This document shows positions 1-12,496 of a DNA stretch of 63,158 bases, in pieces. The translations under genes and the position numbers were made by a program. This DNA comes from Fonticula-like sp. SCN 57-25 (Eukaryota): positions 1-63,158 of the forward strand of contig MEDX01000007.1 in NCBI GenBank assembly GCA_001724245.1. The letters run 5' to 3'. Every line of letters begins with the position of its first letter. The stretch's first letter is position 1. Below the pieces are notes generated by a model, which was given only the letters and a program-made list of their open reading frames with translations, had not been told where the DNA came from and did no database searches.

Positions 1-347
1 GACCGAACCGCCGACAGCGAATCAGAACAACCGGTGGGGTGACAGTGATTAGCCACTTTATTGATTATGGAGGAGTACCCCCCTGGACTCTACCCTTAAG
101 TGCCTCGGAGGCCTCGGATTGGGCAGGCTGTGCACTGCGCACAGAGATATAAAAATAACAATAATTATACGGATACATTATTCGTGCAGGCACAGGCGAA
201 CACGAGGTGGCGCAATCCTACGGGAAACAAAATTGGACTGGGAGGTCGGGACGGGGGAACGTAAACTGAGAGTACAAAGAAGTCGGAAAGTACAGAGGAG
301 GAACAGGAAAGAAAGCTCGGAGAAAACTGGTATCGTGGGATGAAACC

Positions 348-1791
348 CTATGAGGTGGGGTGCAGGACCTGCACGTGTGAGCCCTCGACAACCTTGGGCT
401 CGGCGTCCTCCTCCTTGCGCTCCGACACGCTGTCGGCGACGTAGTGCCAGGCATCCTTGACATCCTATCGTGGCGAATGAGCGGGTGCATAGAGAGCGCG
501 AGCTGCGTACGGCGCGGAAGCAGGCCGACATGGCGAGGAAGTGCACGCGGGACGGCTCGCCGGTGCGCACGGTCGCGCGGAACTTGTGCGCGACATAGTC
601 GAGGCCCGCCTTGGCGTCGCCGGCCGGCCCTGCACGCGAGCGCACCGCAATTAGCAAATGCAACAAAAGGCCCGTTTGGCATCGCACCTTCAAAGTCGCT
701 AAAGAGCTTGCACGTGTTGAGCGGCTTGTGCTTGATGAGCTCGGCAAAGAGGTCGTGCTTGTTGAACAGCAGGTAGACGGGCGTGTTTGTGAAGAGCGGG
801 TTGTTGATCGTTTGCTCAAAGAGGCGCAGCGCCTCGCTCATGCGGTTGATGGTGCTGTCCTCAAAGAGCACGTTGGCATAGTCGGCCAGGTTGACAATGA
901 ACACGATCGACTTTACATTGTCAAAGCAGTGCATCCACTTGCGGCGCTCGGTGCGCTGACCGCCCACGTCCACGATGCTGGCACAGCGAGTGAGTATGCG
1001 CGGCGCGCGTCAGTGGGCAACGCACTTGAACTGGCCCGACGGGTGGTCAATCACGGTCGTCGAGATGCCGAGGGTTACCACGCGCGTCATGATAGCGTCC
1101 TCCTCCGTCGGCTCGTAGTTTGGCGCGGCGATACGCGGCGCCGCCTCAAAGTAGCTGTTAACAAGTAGGGTTAGTACACGCACGTGCAGCAGCAGGGTCC
1201 GTGGCGTACTAGGCACTCGCTTCGAGGATCCAAAACTCGTGGCGCAGCTCGAAAGTCTGCTTAATAACGGGGTTTTGCCAAAGGCGGAAAATAGCGTCCG
1301 CCAGCTGGGGCGAAAACTCGTCCTCGCTCGAAATGTCGTACGCCGAAACAACCGCCGCGCGTGCCTAAATAACAAAACAGGAGTCCCGCGCGAGGTCAGT
1401 AGCGAGGCTCGGCGAGATTTTCGCGCGTGCCTTATCCTCGTCGCTGCCAAGGTCGGTCTTATAGACGTTGAGCGCGCGATCCACAAGGATCTGCATGCTC
1501 TGCGCAGCGTTCCGCTTGATACTGCTGATAAAACTGCTCCGCTCCGCTTCCGTCATGGCGATGTTGTAGACCAGCTTGAGCTGCTTCAAAAAGGTGGTTT
1601 TACCGGATTCCCCCGGGCCTGCGCAGCATGTGAGCAACTGATCGAAAATTTCCCCGGGCGTCGAAATCGGCCATCCCGAGCAAAAAACTCTACTACATAC
1701 CAAGCAGGAGAATTTTCGTCGCGTTATTATCGACCGCTTCCAGCGGCTGGTCGGCATCCGCCGGCTGCTCCTTGCTACCCCCGCAACCCAT
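348..1791 (-). CDS. Heterotrimeric G-protein alpha subunit (divergent), multi-exon
   Basis: Spliced reading: MGCGGSK (myristoylation/palmitoylation-type N-terminus), KILLLG-PGESGKTT (P-loop), RVVTLG (switch I), DVGGQRTERRKWMHCF (switch II), NKHD (G4). Last exon DVKDAWHYV...LHPTS* ends at TAG 348-350. Confidence 0.93.
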
Positions 1792-1947
1792 TTTCCCACC
1801 CGACTGTTGTGGTCTGTGTTCGCTTCTCCGCGAACTCGCCGCTTCTCTGGCCAATCACATTGGGTCATCCCCTAATTGTTGCAATTTTGCAAATTTGCTA
1901 ATTTGACTTTTCAACTTGATCGTTGGCGCGCTTGAAACGTACTCAAC

Positions 1948-2782
1948 ATGGGCGCCAGCGGTGAAGTGTGGGCTCCTGAGAATGAGATTCACCTATTCCA
2001 CGCAATGCAAAAGTACAAGCCGGTGGGGATGCACAAGCACGTGCGCATGTTTAATATCCACCGGTTCGTGAACGAGCACGCCAAGGCGCCCATCTCGGTG
2101 GAGCAGATCTGGGAGCGCATCAATGACATGTATGACATTCAGCTGCTCGACGAGCTGGTACGGGGCCTCACTCGATATCCGGCACGAACTTTGGCTGACG
2201 TCGTTTGTAGGCCGAGGAGGACTCGGAGGGCGAGCACGAAGAGGACGAACCCATTGAATTCTGGCTCCCGAGCGACTTTTTAGAAGAATGTTCGTATTAC
2301 CCTTCCTTGCTGCCTTGCACCTGTTGGCTAACTGATACGCTCAGCCACACGCGCGTCACAGACGTCGCGTCGCACACAGTCGGGGTCGCCGTCTCAAGAG
2401 CAGTTGGATGACACGGAAGGTACGATTTACAACTCTTTCTCGCTTTTGCGCCGCGGTGCTAACCTCTTTCTGTGTGGCAGAACGAAAGGAGGGCATGCGG
2501 AGATCGTCCCGCGCGGGCACCACGGCGTCGACCGCAGCGACTGCGTCCGCCCTTGGTACCTCCAAGCAGTCCACGGCTGAGCCAACAAGGTCCGTCTCAC
2601 CCCTGATGACCTTTTATCTCGCGCTAATCCGCAGTAGCCCGGCGGTGACGAGCCCCGCCCCATCGCGGACACCCGAAACAGCGACGGCCAGCGGGCGGAG
2701 AAAGCGCAGGGGGTCAGAGTCGAGCTCTGCGGCGCCCACGACGCCGTCCGCTCAGCCGACGAAGAAGACGCGCCGCAACTAA
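1948..2782 (+). CDS. EAF7: NuA4 subunit Eaf7/MRG-binding protein
   Basis: W..ENEIHLFHAMQKYKPVGMHKH.RM...IWE.I..MYD...LDE matches the Eaf7/MRGBP signature. Followed by a low-complexity basic tail; several short introns. Confidence 0.85.
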
Positions 2783-2970
2783 TTTGACTCTGTATTTTTT
2801 CCTTTGTGCATTACCAACAAAACTATTATTCAATGCGACCCTTTACTTGTTCCATTACTTGCATGCATTATGCGTGCTGTGGCCCCTTTGCTGTGCCAAA
2901 ATGTCACATATTCCTTTGGGATCAGCTCTGCTCCGCTCGCTCGGTGCTGCGCTCTTTCCTGTTGGCCAGT

Positions 2971-2982
2971 TTGCAGTTTGCA
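2971..2982 (+). promoter_or_regulatory. TTGCAGTTTGCA motif upstream of EI24 start
   Basis: Exact 12-mer ending 13 nt before ATG 2996; recurs at other genes. Confidence 0.55.
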
Positions 2983-2995
2983 GTCATTGCAAACA

Positions 2996-4284
2996 ATGAA
3001 GCGGACCCGGTTCGAGGTACCGGCCGATCAGCCGCCCTCGCCAACGACGCCGTCCTCGCCGGCGCGCTCGAAAGAAGAGGCTCAGTCACCTTCAAGCCGA
3101 GGCTTGCTTCCCGCAGTGCTGCAGTGCTGGAATGACATACTGAGTGGACTGCGGGATGCGGTTGCCCTCATAACCGCGGTTGACCCGTTTAGGCAGTTAC
3201 GTTGTCTGCCATGGCGCCTCTGATCACTGACTAAGTAGCTGTGTAGGTCGACCAAGATGCTCATGCGTGCAGCTTTTTGCTTTCTGCTGAACGGCGTCAT
3301 CTTTGGCGGCAGCATATTCACGTTCAATGTCGCCGTAGTCCCGCTGACGCGGTGGCTCTGGTCGCTGCCGACGGGCGGCGACCCACCGCGCATTGGCGAG
3401 CTCTTTGAGCTCATTCTTCATGTAGTGTACTATGTGCGCCAGTCTCTTTTCCTGTTATGTTAGCTGTGTGTTGCTGACAACGCGCCGCGACAGATTGGGT
3501 GGGTATACCCGGTATATGCGTTCAGCTTTCTCCTAAACGGGTGGTGGCATCAAGAGATCGCCGATCTCGCCTACAAGCTGCGTCATGAAGGCGCGCCGGC
3601 CAATGTGTCTGCCACGTACGTTCACTTTCGGCAGCGCGTCGCCGACGAGATCTTTCGCGCCGTCATGATCCTCTTTTACCTCTCGCTCGCGGCCGCCGTT
3701 CGATTCGTCCCGCTGGTCGGCACGCCCGCCAGCTTCATCCTCCTGTCGTGGGTCTATGCCTTTTACAGCTTTGAGTGCGGCGCTGCCTTTGCGGCCACTT
3801 TTACGAAAAAGGCGTCTAATTTGGTTCTTGTTAGATACATTTGGATCAACAGGGGATGGACGCTGGCTCAGCGAGTCGGCTTTTTTGAGACGCACTGGGC
3901 GTATTTTTTCGGTTTCGGTACGCAAAGGCACAGCGCTTCGCCTGTTGTTAACAGTGCTGTGCAATTCAGGTCTGCCATGCACGCTTTTGACATTTTTCTC
4001 GTCGCACCTTGTCAGCGGCGTCGTCTTTGCGATGATTTTCCCTCTCGTGCGCCAATAACAATTTGCATGTTTGGCTCTTTCACTGACACGGTGTCTAGTT
4101 TATTGTTATGGCAAACGCAGCGACCGTGCGTCCCGTGGCGCAGCCGAACGCGCAGCTGCCCTCGCGGATCCTCGACTCGGTCCTGCCGACGCGCATGCCC
4201 GTCTTTAGCCTGCCGTGGAGGACGACGAGCTTTTTTGTGCGGCGCATTCAGGCCATTTGGGCGTCGCCCGCTGCGCGGCAATGA
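2996..4284 (+). CDS. EI24: EI24 (etoposide-induced protein 2.4) family membrane protein
   Basis: CFLLNGVIFGGSI, YAFYSFEYIW...GW.L.QRV.FFETHWAYFFGFG are typical of EI24. Multiple hydrophobic segments and many introns; 3' end approximate. Confidence 0.82.
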
Positions 4285-4555
4285 GCGCGCTTGTACTCGA
4301 ATTGAACTGTACCATCATATCGGTCACCGTTTCAGCGGGGTGATGCAGAGTTGTCCACCTTGAAATGCGAAATCGAATAGGAAAAGGATCGGGTGGGTGC
4401 ATTTTTTGTACACGATCCACACCGTCAACAAAGACGCCCGCCCGCCATGTTTGCGGTGAAAAAGGGCATTAAGAATGTGTACGGGGCGGAATGAAGCGCG
4501 CGGCGCACTGCTGAGAGTATTGTCTGACTTGGTATGACGTAGCAAAAAGGCGGTG

Positions 4556-6229
4556 ATGAATTACTCGGAAGTAGAGCTGAAGGTGCGAAATGCGACGTCG
4601 AACGAGCCCTGGGGCGCGTCGCCCGACCTGATGCAGGAGATCGCCCTTGCCACCTTTGATCCGTGCGTGCCCCTCTGGCCTTCCCTCGCTTTGCTAACAG
4701 GGCGCTCCTTTAGCTCTGCGTGCAAGCGCGTGACGGATGTCCTGTTCAAGCGCCTTGGCGATCGCAAAAACTGGCGGCATGTATACAAGGGCCTCGCGTT
4801 GCTCGAATACCTTGTCAAGGCTGGCTCAAGCCAGTTCCTCCAGGATGTCGCGGATCGCATGTCGGACATTGACGCGGCGACGGCTATCCAGTTTGCCGAC
4901 GAGAGCGAGACGGATCACAGCGTCGTGCGGACGCGCGCGCGCGAGGTAGCGACGCTCCTTCGCAACAAGGAGGCCGTCGAGCACGAGCGGCAGCCCTTTG
5001 CCGCCTTTAGAGAGGCCGCGATGCAGGAGGCCGCGGAGGAACTCGCAACGGAAACGGAAGGGCGGCGACTGCGTAAATCGGTGCGCTTGCGCTGCTCTAT
5101 TGACCGTCTCTGTTGACATCGCATCTGATCTAGTCTGTCAACATGAGCATGCCCGTCCTGGACTCGGTGCGCATCGCGATGGCGCGATCGAAGTGAAACT
5201 AACGCACGCCGACAGGGCAATGACGAGATGGCGCAGTCGCTCTACTCCCCGTTGGACCAGGAGCCTTCTGTCGATGCGTCGCCGCCGCGCCAGTCTGCCT
5301 CCGTACGCTCTTTTGCCTCCAACTGTCCATGACTGACGCGCGCGGCAGTATGTGCGCCCGTCGTTCATGTCGGCGATGGACACGGCGCGCGGCACCCGGC
5401 TGTTGGAAGCAGGCTGGAAAGGTGCGCTTTATTTTTATTTTTTGTTAGCTCACCAATGCTGCAGCGGTGCACCGCATTGTGGCGCCGTCCTCTGACACGC
5501 CGGGCGACGACGGCGCGCTGCTATGCGCGCTGCTGTCGGTGATGGCGAGCGGCAGCTGGGACTATGCTCACGTACGAGTACCTACATTGTCATTTACCCT
5601 GACATACTTTATGTAGCTCAAGGAGACGATGGTGCCCGAGGGCGTTAACCTTGTGCAGGAGCGGCGGTCAATCTTTTACTACTTGTACAATGCGTGTACG
5701 CACTGCGTGCAGCTGCGGGCGCCCATCGCCGAGCAGGCCAAGGCGGCGTTCCCCGACAAGCCGGCCAACAGCGCGCTGCTCTCATATGTGAGCGCGCAAT
5801 ACGCATCGTACGTGCACTGATTCTGGTTCGTCCGTTCTCACCGGCTGGTAGGCATCAAAATTTGACGGTAAGCGAGGTGGGCGCTGGCGCCTACCGCGAC
5901 GCGTACGCTGCTCTATTGTGCTCTCCTTTTAAACGCTAACGGGTGGCTATAGATACATCCTGGTGCTCCTCAGCGAGAAGGAGAATGGGACGCTGGCGGT
6001 GACGCAAATGTTCACGCCGATCAATGCGACGTCGGTGTTTTACGTGCTGCACCATGACGGCGCGTTTGACCTGCTAGAGCCCAACACGGTGCCCGAAATG
6101 GGCAAGCCCGAGACGTTCCAGTCGGCCCCCGAGGGGCTGCAGCACACGCTGCAGGCAATGTACGCGCACGAGATCGGCCTCGTGCTCATGGACGAGCGGC
6201 CAATGGTGACCGAGCAGCTCCCGTTCTAG
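4556..6229 (+). CDS. ENTH (epsin N-terminal homology) domain protein with uncharacterised C-terminal globular domain
   Basis: MNYSEVELKVRNATSNEPWGAS..LMQEIA..T...KNWRHVYK.L.LLEYLVK.GS is a canonical ENTH domain. Downstream exons join through GT..AG introns to a stop at 6227-6229. Confidence 0.8.
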
Positions 6230-6334
6230 ACTGCGCCACGGCGGCCAAAACTATCGATGATCATGATGTACTTTTAATATCCACTTGTAACATATCAAAT
6301 TGAACACGGCTGAACACAGTGCGGCGCGCGGCGC

Positions 6335-7644
6335 TTACATAATGCGAATGTCCTTCTTGCGGTTGGGCGCATACGTGTCCTTGTGGCGGTCGTAGAGCGC
6401 CTGCAGCTCCTTGATGTAAATGTCGTGGTACTTGTCGAGCGTCTCGTTGTCCACGACGTCGAGCTTGGGCACCTTGATGGGCTTGCCGACTATACAAAGG
6501 CACCCTTAGCACACGGCGCAGCGCGACAAGAGGAGGCTGCGTACCGACAGAGGTGATGGGGCTGCGCATGGGCAGGAGGCCAAAGTCATAGTTGAACACG
6601 CCGCGGCCGATAAAGAGCGGCATCGAAAAGCCAAAGACGCTCTTGAGCTTGTTCTGCAGCGTGCGGATGCGCGAGCCCTGCGGGTTCGCAATAAGAACAT
6701 TGTACGCGTCGTTCTCGCCAAACGAAAAGACGGGCACGAGGTTGGCGCTGCGCGTCGTGTCAGCACAACAAACAAACATTCATGAACAGAACGGACCCAT
6801 GCTTGAGCGCCATCTTGACGAACCCCTTCCTGTTCTTGATTGTGAGGTCGGACGTGCCCGGGCGCGCGTCGAGGGCCTCGGCGGCGCCGCCGACGACGAT
6901 CATGACCGCGTTGCCCGGGCCGCGCTTGAGCACGCTCGAGATGGACTCCTTGCTCGCGCTGATCATGCCGATGCTCAGGAGAAGGTCGCGGAACACGGGC
7001 ACGACAAAGTTGTTGTCGAGCGTGCACACGCGAAGATTGATTTTCGGAAAGAGGTGGTCAAAGCCCGTCGCATTGCTGCAAAAGTTGCCCCACGCGCCGA
7101 ACCCAATAATGCCTGCGGGAATGAGGTGGTAAGAATACGGTCGACAAGGCGAATACGTATCGACCAGCGCCGCATCCCGCGCAAACCAACACACAAAACA
7201 ATGCCCTACCCGCTACCTTGCCTTGGTGGCAACATATTACGAACAATGGCCCGCTTTCCCGGTCACTTCAACCGCGTACCGTGGGGGTGGTATGCAAGGA
7301 GGTACGACTCTTTGGGATCAAGGTCAACCTCCTTGACGAGCTTGAGCGGAAAGTAGCCCGCAAAGTACGTCCAAAGCTATTCATATCAAACATGAGTGGC
7401 GAAAAAGAGCGTTAAACAGGCATACCCTCATATTGCGGATGACCTTGAGGGGCCGGCCTCCGCTGCGGGCGGCCTTGTCCAGCAGCATGTAGATGAGGTA
7501 GATAATTGTAAAGGGCCAGAGGATGGGGAACGCGAGGCACGCAAAGCAGATCAACGCGCATATCGGTAGCATGCACACCCATAAAAGCAGCGTCGCCGTC
7601 TCGAGCCTCCGCCGGAGCGGGATGTTGAGGAACGCCCAGCGCAT
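6335..7644 (-). CDS. DGAT2: Diacylglycerol/monoacylglycerol acyltransferase (DGAT2/MOGAT family)
   Basis: PLRRRLET plus TM hairpin, [49 protein letters not shown] motifs. Confidence 0.9.
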
Positions 7645-7724
7645 GGCGACCCGGTCAAAGTTGCAAGGCACGGATTCACGTTCGTGCAATCTGCAAACTC
7701 GCCCTTGCAAATTGCAATCTTGCG

Positions 7725-9213
7725 ATGGCGGAGGACGGCGGCCCTGTCAAGCGGACGCGGACGGATGACGGCAGCGGTCTCGGTGCGTTGCTCTCTCGAG
7801 GGCAGCTGAATTGCACTAACACGCACACAGTGCGGCGCTCGTTTGTTGAAATAGAAGCTGTACCGTGGGTGTCGTGTCCTCACCCGTCGTCGGTGCATGC
7901 GCTCGATGCGACCGCCGACGGGCGGTGGCTCTACACTGCCGGCGGCGAAGGCGTCGTGCGCCGCTTCGACATAGTGCGGTCATTCAATTCGCCGCCCGTG
8001 CCGACGCTGAAAGGCCCTATGGGTCCTCTCCGCGTCGGCCTCATGCTGAGCTCGTTCGAGACGTTTCAGCGACCGGCGGGGTCAATGTCGCCGGCGGCAA
8101 AGGCCAACGGCACCGGAATGGCCGGCGGCGCTATGGGCCCGCCATCGGCCGCGTCGGGTAATTCTTCAAGTACAATTTACAGCATGGCGGTGCACTCTGA
8201 AGGAGTGTGGTCGTTAACGGGGCATGCGGTACGTAAAAAACGTTTGACGCAATTTTTGGTTTGTTTGTTTGATACCAATTGCTGCCATGTTGCGCTTGTT
8301 GTATAATAGTGCGCTCTTGTTACGCTTTTGCTTATCTGGCATGTAGGATGGCGCGGTGCGCCTGTGGAGCATGCGCGTCTACGAAGGGCGGTGTCAGCAT
8401 GTGTTTGCGGCCCACAAGCAATCTGTGTCTTGCCTTGCTCTCGCTCCCGGTGAGCGTTCGTTTGTCAGCGGCGGCTGGGACAGCCACCTTGTCGTGCACG
8501 ACCTCAACACTGGCGCGACGCAGCGCCGGCTCGAGGGCCACCGCGGCCAAGTTACTGCCGCCCACTTTTACAGCCCGCCCGCGGGCGGCCCCGCGCAGCT
8601 GCTCACGTCGTCCGTAAAGGGCGACAGCCTGCTGTGGGACACGCGGCAGGAGGCTCCGACACGAAAGATCACCACGCAGCCGAGTTGGGCGCTGTCGTCG
8701 TGCTGGTCGGCGAGCGGGTCGAGCGTGTTCTGCGCCTACAAGAACCAGGTTGTGGACGAGTTTGACCTCACAGCGGGGCGGACCCTGCGTACCGTCAAGC
8801 TGCCGCCGTCGTCGCGCGGCGCTACGCATGTGGCGGCCTTCCCGGATGGCAAGCACGTCTTATGGTGCGCAGACTGAGGCCGAGTCACGCCTTGCTAACG
8901 GTTTTTAATAGCGGCTCGGAGGACGGGCTGCGCATTTGGCGCCTGGGCGACGGCGGCGAGCAGCCAAAGGGGATGCTGCCATACTCAATTGTGCCCTCGG
9001 GTGCCACCGGGTCAGGCTCGGTCTGTGCCTCTGGTGCGCCTTTTTGTCCCCTTGTGTACACCTTGGCTGACACTGCGCGCAGTGATTGACCCGCAGATGC
9101 GGTATATGATTACGTCAACCGGCGACCGCGGCATCTTGGGTTCGTCGGACCGCGCGGCGATGATCTACAAGCTGTCCGCCGCGCCGCTGGTGGCCGCAGA
9201 GAGCGCCGCGTGA
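7725..9213 (+). CDS. SPT8: WD40 protein, SAGA subunit Spt8-like
   Basis: Motifs IYSMAVHSEGVWSLTG, H...VS.L.LAPGE.SFVSGGWD....DLNTG, PSWALSSCWS..G, VDEFD, IDP..RYMITSTGDRG follow the order recalled for fungal Spt8. Confidence 0.75.
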
Positions 9214-9353
9214 GCTTTGTTTTGGCATTCTCTACTGTACTCGATAGTGTATCCAATATGACCAGTTACATTGCGTAAAGATATCACGCGGGAAAGTAAA
9301 GGTATTCAGTTTGCGCGATGCAGCTAGCTGCTGTATATATGTCTACGCGACGC

Positions 9354-11220
9354 TCAGTAGAGGTATCCGATCTCGGCAAAGACGTCGCAGCCGGGGATGT
9401 CCCACGTGGCGACGCTAAAGGTATCGTGGATCAAGACGTGCTGGAGCGTGGTGGCGTTGAAGCGCGGCCAGACAACCTCGGGGCCGTGGCCGTTGATGTT
9501 GCCCGCGGCAAAGTTGGTCCAGTAGTCGATCATGCCGGCGGAGAGCAGCTCCTCCTCGGGGGTGAACAGGCCGTCGGGGATGTGGAACGTGTAGGGGAGC
9601 TCCATGGCGTGGCAGGCCATCGTGCCGTAGCACTGCGTGATGTTGCCGGCCTGCGGGCGGTAGTCGGGCGTGTGCGTAAAGTGGTACGCGTACACCGGGT
9701 TGCTCGTCGCCTGCGCGTAGCTCTCAGCAGCCTGTGAGGGAGCGGTCAGCAAAAGAACCAAAAGTTTTTCAGTGGCGCACGTGAAGGCTCGGGCAGCGGA
9801 ACATAAAGTCAGTGACGAGCGAGCTAAAGAGCTGGTAGTTGTTCTCGCTGACGGGCGGGTACGCCTCGCGCACGAGGTCGCTCTTGTCGCCAAAGATGCG
9901 GTCGAGGAGCACGTTATAGACGGGCGGCGGGAAGGTGATGTCAAAGTCGGTGCCGAGGATGGCGTTGACGACATCAATCGCAATCAGGATCACGTCAGTG
10001 AACAGGACGGCCTCGTCCCTGCAAGGCCGGTCAGAATGGAAGCAGCAATAAAAGGGTGTAAAGGGCGTACTTGTTGACACCCCAGAGCAGCGGGACGTCA
10101 GAGAGATACTCGCTTTGCTCGAGGAAGGCGTCGAGCGACGCCATGGGCAGGACCTCGCCGTCGACGGTCGGTCCCCACTGCGCGCGCGTCAGCAAAAAAG
10201 CAGACTATCTGCCAAATAGAGCATACCGTGAGGAGGTCGGCCAGCCAGTACTCTGAGCGCGGCTGGATGCGGCCGTGCTTGAAAGCGATGGTCTCAAGGG
10301 TCGCGTTGCGGAGGCACACGACATCGTCGTGGCCGCACCCGACGGCCTCGGCGAAGCCGTTGCCGAGCTCGATGGCAAAGTCGCGGGGCTTGAAGCGGAT
10401 ACCAAAGGCATTGCTCTGCATGATGGCGCGGTGGAAAAGGCCGCGGGCCGGCGGCGAGGAAAGCTGCGCGCCGACGCTCATGGCGCCCGCGGACTCGCCG
10501 TAAATGAGGACATTGTTCGGGTCGCCGCCAAACTGGGCAATGTTGCGCTGAACCCACTCAAGCGCAAAGCGCTGGTCCTCGAGGCCGTAGTTGCCGCGCA
10601 GGGACTCGGTGACGAGGAAGCCAAACGGACCAAGGCGGTAGTTGGGCGCCACAATGATCACGTCGTGGCCGGAGACGGTGAACGTGCCGTCGTAAAAGCC
10701 GAGCTCCCAGTTGTCGCCAAGGACAAAGGCGCCGCCGTAGAACCACACCATGACGGGCAGCGGGCGCGTCAGGCGGTCAGCGCTCGGCGTGTACACATTC
10801 AACTGAAAGAATAGTCAGCGCAAGCTCATCAAGGGAGAGAAGAGGGCGCACAAAGAGGCAGTCCTCGCTGACGGCATAGTTGGGCATAAAGTTGAAGAGC
10901 TGCTGCAGCGACGTACCGGGGCTAAACGACCAAAGTCAGTACGCAATATACAAAAGAAAATGTACGTACCAGATGTTTCCGTTCTCGGTCGCGTCGGCAA
11001 CCTCGGTCCAAGGCTCCGGATCGACCGGCGACGTCCAGCGGAGATCGCCGACCGGGCCGCGACCATAGCGGATGCCGCGGAACAAACGAGAATTCTCGAG
11101 GATCTTACCCCGCACGGGGCCCAGGTGCGTCGAGACAACATCGTCCGACTGTGCGCGCACAGTCGCGGACACGGCTAGCGCCGCAACCAGCACCGCCGTG
11201 AGCCAAGCTTGGGGCTGCAT
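9354..11220 (-). CDS. Secreted type-B carboxylesterase (cholinesterase-like)
   Basis: Signal peptide, VMVWFYGGAF, NYRLGPFGFL, GNYGLEDQ, FGGDP..V.IYGESAG (catalytic Ser), RDEA (Glu), CHAMEL (His). Confidence 0.93.
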
Positions 11221-11755
11221 CGGGTGGCGGGGAGCTGGCGGGGAGAGCGAGGGGTGTCTGCTGGTCGTCTGTGGGGCGTCTCAAACATGATTTACCTCGA
11301 ATGTGATTGGCTCGATATAAGTGGCCAAGCCAATCCGCAAAGGATTTGTGGGGGTGGGTGAGACATCCTACTCGAACAAGTCTCAAGGGGGGCCCACCCG
11401 GCCTGCATATTTTCTTTTTTGCGGTTTCTTTTTTTCGTTGTATTAGCGTCCTTTCCCAAAGGTGCGAATCGGAAGTTCGTTGGGGACCCCTGTCGGTCGG
11501 AGCGGGCTTTGTTGGGCGGCTGGGCGTCAAAGGCGGACGCGCGGAGGTCGCGCGAATGAAGCCTTTTGTTCAGACACTATTTGCTATGAAAAGAAACGGC
11601 GTTTCATTTCACCTTGTTTCGCCTATTTCGACAATCGGAAACAGGGGTCGCTTGTTGTTTTTTCGGCCCTCTATTTCTTTCTTGCCTCGCGTAGCTCTAC
11701 CAGCAGCATTGCTAACGTTTAATTTTTGCCGCGCAGAACCTACAAGTAAAGCATA

Positions 11756-12496
11756 ATGGCTGACGACGAGGCCCCCGATCAGACCGCCGGCTACAAGACG
11801 CCCAAGCAGGCGACGCTCGCCGAGATGGAGAAGCTCGACCAGAACGACGACGCCATGCAGAAGTGGAAGGCCTCGCTTGTTAAGGAGACTTTCTGTGCGC
11901 ACTTTTATACTAGTTTGCCGCGCGGTAACTAATGTTTGTTGCAGCCCCCGCTGATGACCCGCGCCGCGTCGTCGTGCTCTCGATGGCCCTCGAGATTGCC
12001 GGCCGCCCGAACCTTGAGCTCGCCCTCGATACCCCCGGTGCGTTTTCACTGCTCGCCGTGTTCGTGCGTACTGACGACCTCACAGAGAAGCTTGCCAAGG
12101 CCAAGGCCACCCCGCTCGTCCTGAAGGAGGGCACTGAGTACCGCCTCACCGTGACGTTCCGCGTGCAGCACGAGATCGTCACCGGCCTCAAGTACCTCCA
12201 GATCGTCAAGCGCAAGGGTGTCAAGGGTGCGCGCGCTGAGCATAGCTCTTATTTTATCATTTGCTGACGGTCCTCTGCCTTTTTCTTGTCTGTCCCCAGT
12301 CGACAAGTCGACCGAGATGATTGGCAGCTATGCTCCCCAGCGCGAGCCCCACGTCAAGCGCTTCCCGCTTGAGCAGGCGCCCTCTGGCATGCTCTTCCGC
12401 GGCACGTACACGGTGCAGAGCAAGTTCCTCGACGACGACAACAACGTTTACCTCGAGTGGGACTGGTCGTTCGATATCAAGAAGGAGTTTGAGTAA
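11756..12496 (+). CDS. Rho GDP-dissociation inhibitor
   Basis: GYKTPKQATLAEM..LD.ND.A..KWKASL, DDPRRVVV, LKEG.EY...F.VQHEIVTGLKY, MIGSYAP, EQAPSGML.RG.Y...SKF.DDD....LEW.W.F.IKK. Confidence 0.95.

Noticed and set aside
1-340. Short ORFs at the window start
   Set aside because: No recognisable protein; probably 3'UTR or intergenic sequence, or the end of a gene outside the window.
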